DNA of 64,000 nt from Candidatus Levyibacteriota bacterium (GTDB lineage: Bacteria; Patescibacteriota; Microgenomatia; Levybacterales; UBA12049). Of this stretch, positions 19,795 through 30,618 are shown piece by piece. The notes beneath the pieces were generated by a model that was not told the DNA's origin, ran no database searches, and was given only the letters and a program-made list of their open reading frames with translations. The position numbers and the translations under genes are program-made. How positions within the stretch are numbered: position 1 is the stretch's first letter; each line of letters opens with the position of its first letter. The stretch covers positions 19,578-83,577 of the forward strand of contig DAIDHL010000006.1 in the NCBI GenBank assembly GCA_027459745.1. The letters run 5' to 3'.

Positions 19795-22029
19795 CTATTC
19801 AAATACAACTCTTTTTTCAATTTCATTCCAGACGGCCAGAAGTTTTGTCTTATTACGAGTAACTTTCATTAATAAAAATAATACAACTGATAATAATAAG
19901 TAGCCTAATAAATATGAGTCATTGCGGGTAGAGTTATTAATGGTCGATTTACCCAAAACTAAGGTTTGCAAGGCTTTATGCTTTGTTGGTGTTATAGTAG
20001 GATCGTTGTTAGTATAAGCTGAAGCAAGATTTGTACCTCCATAGATAACAAAACTTGTATCAGCGGTTGTGGTGACTGGTGTATCACTATTACCAGTTGT
20101 CCCTGTAAGTTCAGCATGCAAAGTATAGGTACCAGGTTGGGCGTTGGCAGAAAGCTGTAGTCCCGTAGTCAATTTAAAACCCTTACCAGCAGGAATATCT
20201 CCAATAGAATACGAAGGGTCTCCTAGATCAACTCCGTTATGTATCAAATGTACAGTCAAGTTACTGCCGTAAACTTTACCCGTTCCGATATTCTTGCCAG
20301 TCAAGAAAACTGTCAAAGTATCTCCAGGTAAAATATATGCTCCTGTATTGGAAGATTCTTGCAGTGAAAGAGCTCCGCCATCTTCTTTATTATTACTATT
20401 GTTTGTGGCCGTTGACACATCAGTGGCAATGCTATTGTCCTGCTTGGTAGGAGTGGGAGTAACAAACTCACTTAATCCTCCAATATTTCCTTTCCAATTA
20501 GTAAAAATGTTAATAAAGCCAAAGAATCCCCAAGAGTTAATGATATTGGTATTGACTAGATTGATAAGAGAAACAGCAGAGAAAGCATTACCGGTATGGA
20601 TAGATCCTGAGCCGGAGTTAATTGTATTACCTCCGCTATTGGCATTTGAGGTAATATTATTATTTACTACCGCATAGTTATTAACTGTCGCGCCGGAGTC
20701 ATAGGCAGTGGCTGTTTGATTGGAGCTAAGATCAGTCAACACCAAACTGTTACCACCATTTTGTGCGTTTAATCCATTCCAGCCTAAGAAATTACCATTC
20801 CAGTTGCCTAAAATAGTTATATATACTCCACCAAAATCTACCCCATAAATATTTGTATTTACCAGATTCAACTCGTTAACAGCAGAGCCTGCGTTTCCAG
20901 TCGTCAATGTACTGCTCGCTGTTGCGTCATTGGATGTTAATGAATTACCACCTGTATTGGTGTTCGTTTCAATATTGTTGTTAACTTCTGCCGTGTTATT
21001 GATATTGGTACTTACTCCACAACTTGGACAGTTGGCTGGATTTGAATTAGCTGGTGAGATATCTTCAGGTAAGATGATATTCCCATTTAAATTTCCAAAT
21101 ACATTGATAGTAACGATGTGAACAACAGAATTAATGACAGTCAAATTTACTCTGTTAAGCAACGAAACTAATGAGCAGGCTGCCCCAGTAGAGATAGAAG
21201 CTGAGCCATCAGTATTGACCTGATTGTTGCCTGTATCAGCAGTTGAAACAATGACATTATTTAAATATGTATAATTATTTGCACTGGTCATAGCTACGTT
21301 GATTTGAGGGTCAGATGGATGTTGAGATATTAAATCTCCTGTAAAAGTAGCAGGATCTGAAAGGTTTAGGTCACCATTGTAGTCGACAAAAATATTGATG
21401 GTTTGGGTAATGACTTGGGAGTTTACTTCATTGGTATTCACAGTATTAGAACTATCCACTTTGGAAGTGGCATCACCAGTAGAAATACTAGAACTAGATT
21501 TTGAACTACTGTTGTTGGATGAAGAATTATTTGATCCATCGTTGCCGTTTGAGTTATTGTTGTTACCGGTGCTGCTACTTTGGGTTTGTTGAGTAGTCGG
21601 GGTAGCAGAGTCAGTCGCACTGATAGTATTGTCTCCTGTTGTGGCTGAACTTGAAGCAACGTTATTAACGTTTGCACCGTTATTTATACTCGTATCAGTT
21701 GGAGTTGGTGTAACTGATACCAGAGAACTGGCTTGTGGACTTACACTAGGTGTAGTTGCATCACTAGGAGTAGGAGTATCGGTTGTGGTGGGAGTAATTG
21801 TGGTATTTGGGTCATTAGTCGGACTGGGTGTATCTGTAGTCGAGGGCGTTGGACTGTCCGTAGTAACCGCTGCATTCGTCGGTGTAGTTTGGGTTTGAGT
21901 GACTGTGGGACTATCCGATGGTGTAGGTGTATCTGCCAATGCCCTTATTGGAGTCGAATAAGAGATGACAATAATTACAATTGATAATAATGATAATAAT
22001 TTTTTAAATTTTTCGTTAATTAAAAACAT
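19795..22029 (-). CDS. Large secreted surface protein: signal peptide, Thr/Pro/Ser-rich region, repeated Asn/Gly/Thr-rich modules of about 50 aa, C-terminal hydrophobic anchor with basic tail
   Basis: Internal repeats NNNIETNTNTGGNSLTSNDATASSTLTTGNAGSAVNELNLVNTN and NNNITSNANSGGNTINSGSGSIHTGNAFSAVSLINLVNTN; C-terminus ...YLLGYLLLSVVLFLLMKVTRNK. Confidence 0.5.
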   Translation of the reverse strand: MFLINEKFKKLLSLLSIVIIVISYSTPIRALADTPTPSDSPTVTQTQTTPTNAAVTTDSPTPSTTDTPSPTNDPNTTITPTTTDTPTPSDATTPSVSPQASSLVSVTPTPTDTSINNGANVNNVASSSATTGDNTISATDSATPTTQQTQSSSTGNNNNSNGNDGSNNSSSNNSSSKSSSSISTGDATSKVDSSNTVNTNEVNSQVITQTINIFVDYNGDLNLSDPATFTGDLISQHPSDPQINVAMTSANNYTYLNNVIVSTADTGNNQVNTDGSASISTGAACSLVSLLNRVNLTVINSVVHIVTINVFGNLNGNIILPEDISPANSNPANCPSCGVSTNINNTAEVNNNIETNTNTGGNSLTSNDATASSTLTTGNAGSAVNELNLVNTNIYGVDFGGVYITILGNWNGNFLGWNGLNAQNGGNSLVLTDLSSNQTATAYDSGATVNNYAVVNNNITSNANSGGNTINSGSGSIHTGNAFSAVSLINLVNTNIINSWGFFGFINIFTNWKGNIGGLSEFVTPTPTKQDNSIATDVSTATNNSNNKEDGGALSLQESSNTGAYILPGDTLTVFLTGKNIGTGKVYGSNLTVHLIHNGVDLGDPSYSIGDIPAGKGFKLTTGLQLSANAQPGTYTLHAELTGTTGNSDTPVTTTADTSFVIYGGTNLASAYTNNDPTITPTKHKALQTLVLGKSTINNSTRNDSYLLGYLLLSVVLFLLMKVTRNKTKLLAVWNEIEKRVVFE

Positions 22030-22149
22030 TAAAACTTCTTTCTGGGCAATTTTTTGTTATAAAATATATTTATTCCTCCTGGGGGAAGAGCAGAAAGCTT
22101 TTCCCCCCAGGTCCAAACTTCAATGAAGATCATTCAATCTCAGCTGAGA

Positions 22150-22584
22150 TTAACGTCCCCATGAGAAATTTGTATTTACAACTGTATAAACTCCAGTTGA
22201 GGAGTTAGCGTTACCAGTTTTAACGGAATTTGATCCTTTTTCACTTCCTTGGAAGGACAAATTCTGTCCGGTAACATTATTTGAAGTAACATGATTGCCA
22301 ACTAAAGCACCGTTAACACTATTTGTGTTACCGACGTTGGTGTTAGCAACTGTTACGACAGTGGTGTCAGATTTAGCATTACCTGTGGTAACAGAATTGT
22401 TACTATTTTTTCCACCACTAAATTGCATACTAGCATTTTGGCCAGTTACGTTATTTGAAGTAACGTAATTAGATACACCGGCAAAATTCATTGATCCCAT
22501 ATCCCAGCCACGGTCTTTAGCTAAGGCTGGTGTGGCAGCCATGACTAAAGCGGCTGCTGCTCCTACGATTGCGTATTTGTTCAT
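22150..22584 (-). CDS. Small secreted protein built from two copies of the same Asn/Gly/Thr-rich module found in the 744-aa protein
   Basis: Signal peptide MNKYAIVGAAAALVMAATPALA; VTSNNVTGQN...GG.NS..TGNA...V.NTN repeated twice; strong SD (GGGGGTG) upstream. Confidence 0.5.
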   Translation of the reverse strand: MNKYAIVGAAAALVMAATPALAKDRGWDMGSMNFAGVSNYVTSNNVTGQNASMQFSGGKNSNNSVTTGNAKSDTTVVTVANTNVGNTNSVNGALVGNHVTSNNVTGQNLSFQGSEKGSNSVKTGNANSSTGVYTVVNTNFSWGR

Positions 22585-23036
22585 TTATTTATTCACCCCC
22601 TTTCTTTAAAAAATAAAAAATCCAATCACTTATATCGATTGCTCGAAATAATAGATTGGATTACCAATGAAGAATAATTATGACTGAATGTTTTTGATTT
22701 TTGCATGCAAAAATTGAGTATCATACTAAAAATAGTACAATAAAATTAATCTCTTGCAAGTTTGGGCAAAAACTTCAATGTGTGAATCAAGATATTTTGC
22801 AGTTATAGAAACAAATTTCTGCAAACGCCTGAAATGTCTTGATTAAGCTGAGTATATGCCGGGGTATTTTGTTTGTCAATATATCAGAAGAGCTTTATTG
22901 CTATTTTCTTACAATATTTTAAAAAGCAGGCGTGAGAGTTTATAGGTGACAAATAAACAAAAAAATTCCCAAATAAAAATGATTGATTAAAACCATCATA
23001 TCTTATTTGAGAATAATTTTAGAGTTTAGATTAAAC

Positions 23037-23270
23037 TTAGGCTGCATAGTGCATCCAAAGAACATAACCCAAAACAACTGCTACCAAAATTAACACTCCG
23101 TAACCAACATAGTGGTTCACAGTATCATCTAGTGAATTTGGTACCAAAGATGTCTTTTTATGACTAACTTTTTTCACTGCTTTCTTTTTTGCCATATGTC
23201 TCCTTTCTCTACCCTTTTGGATAAATAAATACAATTTTAAAACGGGCAGTGTTTTAAACTCTAATTTCAT
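23037..23270 (-). CDS. Hypothetical small basic single-TM protein (probably starts at the internal MAKKKAVKK)
   Basis: ORF only. Confidence 0.25.
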   Translation of the reverse strand: MKLEFKTLPVLKLYLFIQKGRERRHMAKKKAVKKVSHKKTSLVPNSLDDTVNHYVGYGVLILVAVVLGYVLWMHYAA

Positions 23271-23329
23271 TTTGCGATAAATTTGCAGAGGTTGTCAATA
23301 TAACAAAGGATATCGGAGTATAATTTTGC

Positions 23330-26300
23330 TTAGCTTTTAAGGCTTAAGACAATAGAGTTGTCATTGCGAAACCAGTAATAGTAAACTACTGGGATAAAAA
23401 ATAACATGATTGTTCCGGAAAAAGCTAAACCTGCAATTATGGCTCCTCCTAATCCTTGCCATAAAGGATCAGACAGTGTGATGGGTATTAAACCGACGAT
23501 AGTAGCAAAAGAAGTTAAAGCGATAGGTTCCAGTCTGCTGGAAGCAGCATCTGAGACTGCTTCTATATGATTCATGCCAATGCGATAATTCTGGTTAATT
23601 TTGTCTACAATAAGAATGGAATTTTTAACTACTATACCAAACAAAGCCAAAACTCCAATCAGTGCAGGGAAAGACAAAGGAGTATGAGTTATAGCAAAGA
23701 TAATAAACACTCCCGCAATAGACAATGGAATGACCAACATAACAATTAAGGCTTTACGGAAGGAACCGAACTGTACAACCATCGTGATAATAATGAGTAA
23801 AAAGGATAACAACATAGCTTCTAAAATTGAAGTAACTGAATCTTGATTAGTTTGATTAACCCCGCCTGTTGACCAAGAATAACCTGTTGGTAAATCCAAG
23901 CCATTATTGGCATAATCCGACAATTTCTGATTGGCTTCACTAACAGAGTATCCTGCCTGCACTGAAGCTGTGACTGAAATTGTTCGTTGCCCACCTTCTC
24001 GAGTAATTAACGTAGGATTAGTTTGCAAAGTTAAATGACCCAGTGAGAGTAAAGGTACATCCCCTTTTGAAGTTGGAATATTTATACTACTAATTTGGTC
24101 CACGAACTCTTCATTATTCGTCATGCGAAGAGTAATATCCATTGTATTGTTCCCTCCCACATCAGAGAGACGGATATCATTGGCTTTCATACCGCTGGAA
24201 AACAAACGGATCCACATACCCAGCTGATCAATGGTCAAATTATAGTTTGCCATCTTAGCCTGATCTGGAACAAAAACAATTTTACTGGTGCCTGGCTTAA
24301 TTGATTTATCAATATTAGTTAAACCCGGCTGTTTATGAAGAAATGACTCAACTTTGTTAGCATACGCATCTAAAACAGTTAAGTCATCCCCAAATAATTT
24401 AATCTGCACATCAGCTCCCGCAGGGGGACCACTGCTTTCTTCTACCACTTGTAAGGTTCCAGCTGTATAGTGAGCGAACTTATCACGCATTTGTTGAGCT
24501 AATTGTATTGATCCTATTTTCCTTTCTGATTTGGGAGGTAGAACTAATGAAAAAGAGGCGTAATTACTCCCAGACCCTCCGCCACCAAAGCCTCCACTGG
24601 CTTGTGTGCCCACGTCCAGAGTGACATATTCAAGACCTTTAGTTTGCTTAAGCTGGTTTAATATTTTTAATGCCTCTTTGGTAGTTGTTTGCTGGTTTGT
24701 ACCGGCTGGCATTTCCAGGTTCATAAAGAAAGCATCCTGATCAGTGTTAGGAAAAAACTCATTGCGTACAAAACCAAGAGGTAAAAGAATATACGAAAAC
24801 AGAGAGAAGATAATAACCATAATTAAAATTCTTTTTCTCAATTTGGCCGAGGCTAAAATATCATGCATCAGTCCTTTATATCGCTCAGATATTTCATCAA
24901 TGCGGAAAACACCATGGTTGAAATATTCAGGCAGACGAGAGACAAACTTATGATCCTTAAGGCGTTTTTTGATCGCCAGTTTAGATTTTACGAAGATGAG
25001 TGTCCAGGTAAGATAAGCAACTAATAAAAAAGCAACCAACGCTATAAACTCAAATATAAATATTTTTCCTTTGGGGAGTATGGAGAATAATATAAGAACC
25101 ACTATTACTGTGGCTATGATCTTGGTGGCCATTTTCACCCGGTTTGGTATGTCGGGCTTGAATATTATTATTAATAAAGGGAGAGTAATAAAAATAGCTA
25201 CTAAATAAGAACCAAGTAAAGTAGATGAAACTACAATTGGAATAGCCTTAATAAAATCACCAATAATTCCTGTGGCCAATAATAATGGCAAAAAAGCCCA
25301 TACGGTTGTGATGGTAGTGGTAGTAATTGCCGAGAGAAAGTCTCTCCAAACCAGTAGCGCTGTTTGGTGGGGAGTGAATCTCCCAGTTCGATAATAGACC
25401 GACATAGCAGATATGACTACAATAGTGTCGTCAACCAACAGTCCCAAAGATAGCAATAAAGAAAAGATAGCAATAAAAGATAGGGGAATACCCGTAATAT
25501 TCATCATGATAAAGGTGAATAAAAAAGTTAAGGGAGTTGATAATAAAGCGATTATGGCCTGGCGTAATCCGACAAAAATAAACAAAGTGATAAAAACCAG
25601 TAAAACAGTAATTGAAAAATCACGATAAAGATCACTAAATTGCTGGTCAATCATCTCAGAAGTATTCATTTCACTGGTTACACTAAATTCATTGTTATAT
25701 TGTTTGACTGTGTCATTTACTACTTTCTGTACATCACCAACTGACTGATCAATACTGGCGGCGTCTGTCTTGTAAACATTAAAAGTCACTCCACGCCGGG
25801 GTGTTGAATTGCTTTGAGCAAAAAATGATTGATATTGGTTAGGTTGTGAGCGCTGATAAGCATTCGCTATGCTTGCTAGTGGTACTGGTTTGTTATTGAT
25901 GTTAAGCATCAAATTTCTCACAGTATCTACATTGGTAATTTCAGAATTGATAGTAAACGAAAATACAGATTTGTCTGTTTGAACCGTGCCGGCTGGATAG
26001 GAGCTGACGGCGCTATTTATAAGCTGGGAGATTTGAGCTGGGTTCAGACCATAAGTAGTAATCGCGGTAGGTTTAATTACCACTTGTATACCTTGGGTAT
26101 CTAGTCCGGAAGTACTTACTTTACTAACAGTTGAAACATTCTTGATGTTATTGCTTAGAATTTGGGCAAATCGACTCAGACTAGCATCATCTGTTTTAGT
26201 AGTTACAACAAATGTCCACACAGGAACATTTTGGAAGTCAACTTTCTGCACGCTAGACTTTTGAACAGCTGATGGTAAGCCTGACACATTGTTTACAGCT

Positions 26301-26686
26301 GACTGAACATCAGTCTGAGCTTTATCAGGGTCTACACCATCGTTAAATTGGACTTCAACTACAGATGAAGAGTCCTGTGAAGAAGAAGTGACTGTTTTTA
26401 CATTAGCTAATCCCATAACCGCATTTTCAACCGGGATGGTAACCAGTGATTCTACGTCTTGAGGGCCAGCACCAGGATAAACTGTAGAAATAATAACAAT
26501 AGGAATATTAATATTAGGATTAAGAACACGAGGAATACTCAGTAAACTAAAAATTCCACCTAATAAAAGTAGCAAAATTGTCATGACCACCAAACGAGGA
26601 TTGTTGTAGTATTTAGCTACTAACATTTTGTCCAATCGAGGATCAAATTTAAGTTGTGAAATGTAAGATGCTAGTTTTCTGGCCAT
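23330..26686 (-). CDS. RND-superfamily efflux permease (AcrB/HAE1-like)
   Basis: 1118 aa, 12-TM architecture with two large periplasmic loops; N-terminal PIVIISTVYPGAGPQDVESLVTIPVEN block. Confidence 0.8.
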   Translation of the reverse strand: MARKLASYISQLKFDPRLDKMLVAKYYNNPRLVVMTILLLLLGGIFSLLSIPRVLNPNINIPIVIISTVYPGAGPQDVESLVTIPVENAVMGLANVKTVTSSSQDSSSVVEVQFNDGVDPDKAQTDVQSAVNNVSGLPSAVQKSSVQKVDFQNVPVWTFVVTTKTDDASLSRFAQILSNNIKNVSTVSKVSTSGLDTQGIQVVIKPTAITTYGLNPAQISQLINSAVSSYPAGTVQTDKSVFSFTINSEITNVDTVRNLMLNINNKPVPLASIANAYQRSQPNQYQSFFAQSNSTPRRGVTFNVYKTDAASIDQSVGDVQKVVNDTVKQYNNEFSVTSEMNTSEMIDQQFSDLYRDFSITVLLVFITLFIFVGLRQAIIALLSTPLTFLFTFIMMNITGIPLSFIAIFSLLLSLGLLVDDTIVVISAMSVYYRTGRFTPHQTALLVWRDFLSAITTTTITTVWAFLPLLLATGIIGDFIKAIPIVVSSTLLGSYLVAIFITLPLLIIIFKPDIPNRVKMATKIIATVIVVLILFSILPKGKIFIFEFIALVAFLLVAYLTWTLIFVKSKLAIKKRLKDHKFVSRLPEYFNHGVFRIDEISERYKGLMHDILASAKLRKRILIMVIIFSLFSYILLPLGFVRNEFFPNTDQDAFFMNLEMPAGTNQQTTTKEALKILNQLKQTKGLEYVTLDVGTQASGGFGGGGSGSNYASFSLVLPPKSERKIGSIQLAQQMRDKFAHYTAGTLQVVEESSGPPAGADVQIKLFGDDLTVLDAYANKVESFLHKQPGLTNIDKSIKPGTSKIVFVPDQAKMANYNLTIDQLGMWIRLFSSGMKANDIRLSDVGGNNTMDITLRMTNNEEFVDQISSINIPTSKGDVPLLSLGHLTLQTNPTLITREGGQRTISVTASVQAGYSVSEANQKLSDYANNGLDLPTGYSWSTGGVNQTNQDSVTSILEAMLLSFLLIIITMVVQFGSFRKALIVMLVIPLSIAGVFIIFAITHTPLSFPALIGVLALFGIVVKNSILIVDKINQNYRIGMNHIEAVSDAASSRLEPIALTSFATIVGLIPITLSDPLWQGLGGAIIAGLAFSGTIMLFFIPVVYYYWFRNDNSIVLSLKS

Positions 26687-26761
26687 ATTGTTACTAAGGA
26701 AGCATTAAGTTAAATTATTAATTTCTAATAAGACTTGCAGGATTACCAATTTATTAGATAC

Positions 26762-28201
26762 TCATTTACTCACGCTCACTCTGTCTCCATTGACAACATT
26801 GCGATTTAGGATGACAGTATCACCATCATTTAGTCCACTTTGAACGCTGACAAATCTGCCATAAACATCCCCTAACTGGACATTTACGCTTTGTGCTTTT
26901 CCATCCACAATTCTAAAAACATATGCGCTGTTTTCTGTTTGATATATAGCATCCAGAGGCACATAAGGATCAACCGAACTTGTATTGGGAATACCAATCG
27001 GTACATCAACTGTAATGTAGGAGGAATTGCTTAAATAATACGACGAGCTGGCAGGCAATACATACATTACGCTATATAGATTGCCGTCAGTTGCATCACG
27101 GGAAATGTAGTCAGGGGTTTGTTTTAGAGTTTGGTTATTTACATGAATAATCGAAGGTTGGACTCGTGAGATGGTAGAGGCAAGGTTAGATGGTACCTGA
27201 ACAATGGCTTTGACTGATTGTTCATTGCACGATATAGAAGCTAAAGGCGTACCTGAATTCACCTGTTGTCCAAAGGTAACATATATTTTATCAACTACTC
27301 CACTACAAGGAGAAGCCGGATACATCAATGATTGATTTACATATGCTAATTGAAGTTGCAATTCGCTAATTTCTTTATTTATATCCAATGTTTTGGCTTG
27401 AATATCTAATTGTTTTAAAGTAATGTCACGTTGATTATATTGTAGCTGAGAGTATGGTTGATTAGCATCTGCCTGGTAGGCTAGTTGTCTTTGCTGGCTA
27501 TTGAGTTGATTAATAGTTCCCTGGTATTGTGCCTGTAGTTGCTGTGTCTGTAAGATAGCAGCGGAGTTTGTGGCATCATATGTCTGTAGATTTTGCAGGT
27601 TTTGATTAATAGTATTAAGAATTGATTGATTCTGATTAATTAAGTTAGCAGATTCAGTGGCTGAATCAGCTGCTAAAGTACGGAGTTGATCATTGTTGGA
27701 CTGGGTATTATTGGCCAGATCAACCTGCTTGGCTATTAGATCTTTTTGTTCTTGGTAAGTATCCTGGGTAATTTCATTCTGTTTTTGGGCAATTTGAGTT
27801 TGAATATCAGCTGAGCTTCCTCCCTGATAATTTGAGGACAAATAGATTAGATTGGTGCCTTTGCTTACTGATTGGCCTTCGGTTACATTAATTGTTTGTA
27901 CAATACCATTTGCCTGAGCGTTGATAGATACGACGCCTGATTTTTGAATTTGTCCCTGTAACTGTTCCAATGGCGCAGCGCCAATTTGATAGGTTTGTAC
28001 CTGTATAAGAGGGGTGTTCTGTTGAGTAACTTTTGCTGGTGTGGTGAGAATATCGCCTATAAAAATAAGCAAAAACAAGACAAAAAGTGTTAAAAAGAAA
28101 GCACGAAAAGGATACTTTTTGATTAGTCTCGATGTTTTTCTGTATGGCAATTTTTTTACCCATGAAAAACCTCTTTTTTGTAACTGGCTGAAAAATGGCA
28201 T
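26762..28201 (-). CDS. Efflux adaptor / membrane-fusion protein (HlyD-like) partnering the RND pump
   Basis: N-terminal TM, long Gln-rich coiled-coil, C-terminal beta-barrel-like region; directly upstream of the RND gene. Confidence 0.6.
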   Translation of the reverse strand: MPFFSQLQKRGFSWVKKLPYRKTSRLIKKYPFRAFFLTLFVLFLLIFIGDILTTPAKVTQQNTPLIQVQTYQIGAAPLEQLQGQIQKSGVVSINAQANGIVQTINVTEGQSVSKGTNLIYLSSNYQGGSSADIQTQIAQKQNEITQDTYQEQKDLIAKQVDLANNTQSNNDQLRTLAADSATESANLINQNQSILNTINQNLQNLQTYDATNSAAILQTQQLQAQYQGTINQLNSQQRQLAYQADANQPYSQLQYNQRDITLKQLDIQAKTLDINKEISELQLQLAYVNQSLMYPASPCSGVVDKIYVTFGQQVNSGTPLASISCNEQSVKAIVQVPSNLASTISRVQPSIIHVNNQTLKQTPDYISRDATDGNLYSVMYVLPASSSYYLSNSSYITVDVPIGIPNTSSVDPYVPLDAIYQTENSAYVFRIVDGKAQSVNVQLGDVYGRFVSVQSGLNDGDTVILNRNVVNGDRVSVSK

Positions 28202-28281
28202 ATATTAAGAGGCAGGAAAAAGGCAGAGTCTATACCTAAGATATTAACACATGCTCTAGGTTAATAGCAAACATGTTTGAG

Positions 28282-29151
28282 TTAATTTTTAATATCCAAT
28301 TTAGCATACAAACCAATATGATCTGAAAGATAACTTTCTTTTCCATTAAATAAGGTTATTTTCTCATCAAATAAATGCTTGGTCTCTTTGATGGCTACCT
28401 TATTACTCTGGTCAACTACAAAAATATAATCAACCCTGCCCGATTCTTTGGCATTAAAGACAAAAAATTTGTCAATAAACTTTACTCGCCATAGGAATTT
28501 TAAAGACTTTCTCCCTTTCAAATAAGTGGGAAGTGAAAAATTTTCAAAAATATCCTTAGCTTTATTTGTTTTGACGAATCTTTCATATTGTGCTGATGTT
28601 TTGAGAAAATTAAAATCACCTGCGATAATAGCCATTAAACCTTTATCTTTTATATTCTCAAGTGCTGTATTAATATCGGTAATTTGGGATTCTTGTATGG
28701 TTTTGAATATGCCTTCTGAATCCCAGGTTTTGTTGGGATTGGTGGTTAGATAGGTGTTAATTATAGCTAAGGGTAAGTCTTTAAAACGGCAAATAAGTAT
28801 GCCATTCATAATAAATTTGCCGTAAAAAGTGCTGTTTTTGAAAGTTCCTCGTTTAGAAAAACGATTAAAGCTTTCCAGCTCGAGGGGGAATTTAGAAAAA
28901 ACCACCAAACCACCTTGTGGACCATAAATAAATTTTTTATAACAAAGATAGGGAAACTCCTTATGTAAAAGCTTCTTTAGAATATGTAAGTGAACATAGG
29001 TATGCACTTCCTGGAAAGCAAGCACATTAGCATCTGTATTGTTTATGGTGTCCGCCAAGGCTACATATCGTTCACTTAGGTTGGTAGAAATTACCGGGAC
29101 GCCCAAAGTATTGAAACTGATTAGTGAAAGCTGAGTATTTGAATTTTGCAT
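28282..29151 (-). CDS. Endonuclease/exonuclease/phosphatase (EEP) family protein
   Basis: ISFNTLG and LAFQEV motifs at the N-terminus, SDH near the C-terminus. Confidence 0.55.
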   Translation of the reverse strand: MQNSNTQLSLISFNTLGVPVISTNLSERYVALADTINNTDANVLAFQEVHTYVHLHILKKLLHKEFPYLCYKKFIYGPQGGLVVFSKFPLELESFNRFSKRGTFKNSTFYGKFIMNGILICRFKDLPLAIINTYLTTNPNKTWDSEGIFKTIQESQITDINTALENIKDKGLMAIIAGDFNFLKTSAQYERFVKTNKAKDIFENFSLPTYLKGRKSLKFLWRVKFIDKFFVFNAKESGRVDYIFVVDQSNKVAIKETKHLFDEKITLFNGKESYLSDHIGLYAKLDIKN

Positions 29152-29219
29152 GAGTAAATTATAGCATGCTTCGATTGAGTCTACAGTAATTTTTTAAATT
29201 TACATGTTAAAATAAAATA

Positions 29220-30179
29220 ATGCGTCATTTTTTCTATATTTTATGTCTTGCTCTAACTGTGGCTATTTTTTCCGCCATAGTTTGGTACTTTTTGCCTGAA
29301 GGGAAATTAACCTTAAATAGATACATCTCCCCCCTACCTTCTTTTTTAACAATTACTCACAATGATCAGGTAAGAATGTTAGATTTGTGGCTGCCAGATC
29401 TGGAAAATAAGCAAGCTTCTGCTGCCGACAAATATACCGCTCAATCAATTCTAATGTATGATTTATCAGACAATAAGACATTGATGACCAAGAATATAAA
29501 TTTAAAATTACCTATGGCGTCTTTAACCAAGTTGATGACAGTTATAATTGCCTTAGAAAATCCCAAAGCAGATGATAGGTATATTGTTGCCCAGTCTGAT
29601 TTAGTTGGCGAAGATAGTATGGGTTTGAGCTCTGGTGAGGTTGTATCTTTAAATGATTTGTTAGAAGGTATTTTCTTAACTTCTGCCAATGATGCGGCAG
29701 AAACAATAGCCAGTAATTACCCTGGGGGCAGAAGCGCATTTATTATAGCCATGAATAAAAAAGCACAAGCCTTAGGCTTAACAGATACGAATTTTACTAA
29801 TCCTACTGGTCTGGAAGGAGACGGGAATCAATATACTACTGCTTATGATTTGCTAGTGATTAGTAAATATTTGTTACAAAATCATCCGCAGATTTTATCT
29901 ATTTCCTCTCAATCTTCTTACACAATTCCTGCTACCAGTGAACATAAGGAATTTGATTTAAACAATGAAGTTAATCTGATTACGTCTTATCCGGGGGTTG
30001 AGGGACTTAAGGATGGGTATACTCCTCAAGCAGGCTGGTGTTTAATTACCTATTTAAAATATGATAATCAGCAAATCTTGGGTATTATATTAAATAGTCA
30101 GGATAGGCGTGGGGAAATGAGAAAGTTATTAGACTACTCACTGGAAAAACTTAATATCACTCCCCCTCTTCATGGGTAA
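29220..30179 (+). CDS. D-alanyl-D-alanine carboxypeptidase (S11, PBP5/DacA-like)
   Basis: SxxK (ASLTKLMT), SxN (LTSANDAAE) and KTG-like blocks; N-terminal TM. Confidence 0.75.
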   Translation: MRHFFYILCLALTVAIFSAIVWYFLPEGKLTLNRYISPLPSFLTITHNDQVRMLDLWLPDLENKQASAADKYTAQSILMYDLSDNKTLMTKNINLKLPMASLTKLMTVIIALENPKADDRYIVAQSDLVGEDSMGLSSGEVVSLNDLLEGIFLTSANDAAETIASNYPGGRSAFIIAMNKKAQALGLTDTNFTNPTGLEGDGNQYTTAYDLLVISKYLLQNHPQILSISSQSSYTIPATSEHKEFDLNNEVNLITSYPGVEGLKDGYTPQAGWCLITYLKYDNQQILGIILNSQDRRGEMRKLLDYSLEKLNITPPLHG

Positions 30180-30276
30180 AAACTTGAAAAGTAGGAATAA
30201 TTATTTTCATATTTTAGTAAATATTATTAAGAGATTGCCCAAAGTAAGATTATGCGGTAAAATATGCAGTGTACAT

Positions 30277-30361
30277 GCCGCGGTGGTGGAATGGTAGACA
30301 CAAGGGCCTTAAGAGCCCTCGACTATAATGGTTGTGAGAGTTCGAGTCTCTCCCGCGGCAC
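30277..30361 (+). tRNA. tRNA-Leu (anticodon TAA), long variable arm
   Basis: Hand-folded cloverleaf: acceptor GCCGCGG/CCGCGGC, anticodon stem AGGGC/GCCCT with loop CTTAAGA, T-arm GAGAG-TTCGAGT-CTCTC. Confidence 0.8.
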
Positions 30362-30424
30362 CCCACACATGTTCCTCAGCTACAAGCTCGTAATCGCTCA
30401 TAAATATTGCTATAATATGCCTAT

Positions 30425-30498
30425 CGGGGACTAGCTCAGTTGGCTAGAGCGCGCGGTTTGGGACCGTGAGGTCGAAGGTTCAAGTCCTTTGTCCCCGA
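30425..30498 (+). tRNA. tRNA-Pro (anticodon TGG)
   Basis: Acceptor CGGGGAC/GTCCCCG, D-arm GCTC-AGTTGGCTA-GAGC, anticodon loop TTTGGGA, T-loop TTCAAGT. Confidence 0.8.
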
Positions 30499-30618
30499 CA
30501 CAATTTCAAAAAATCTTAGCATCAAGAGATGTACTAAGATTTAAAATTATTTATCAAATACAAAATATAAGGTATAAAATTTCGTGGGAGATAAATTAAA
30601 AAAATTTGAAATTACAAT

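Noticed and set aside
20294-21984. Plus-strand ORFs of 60-127 aa
   Set aside because: Antisense to the low-complexity Thr/Pro/Asn-rich 744-aa surface protein gene; low-complexity DNA generates long spurious frames on both strands.
22071-22109. GC-rich hairpin CCTGGGGGAA-gagcagaaagct-TTCCCCCCAGG between the two surface-protein genes
   Set aside because: Probably a simple transcription terminator or stabiliser for the 22150-22584 gene (no clean U-tract on either strand); not compelling enough to list as a feature.
23567-25628. Several 60-70-aa ORFs on the plus strand
   Set aside because: All are antisense inside the 1118-aa RND permease gene; no independent support.
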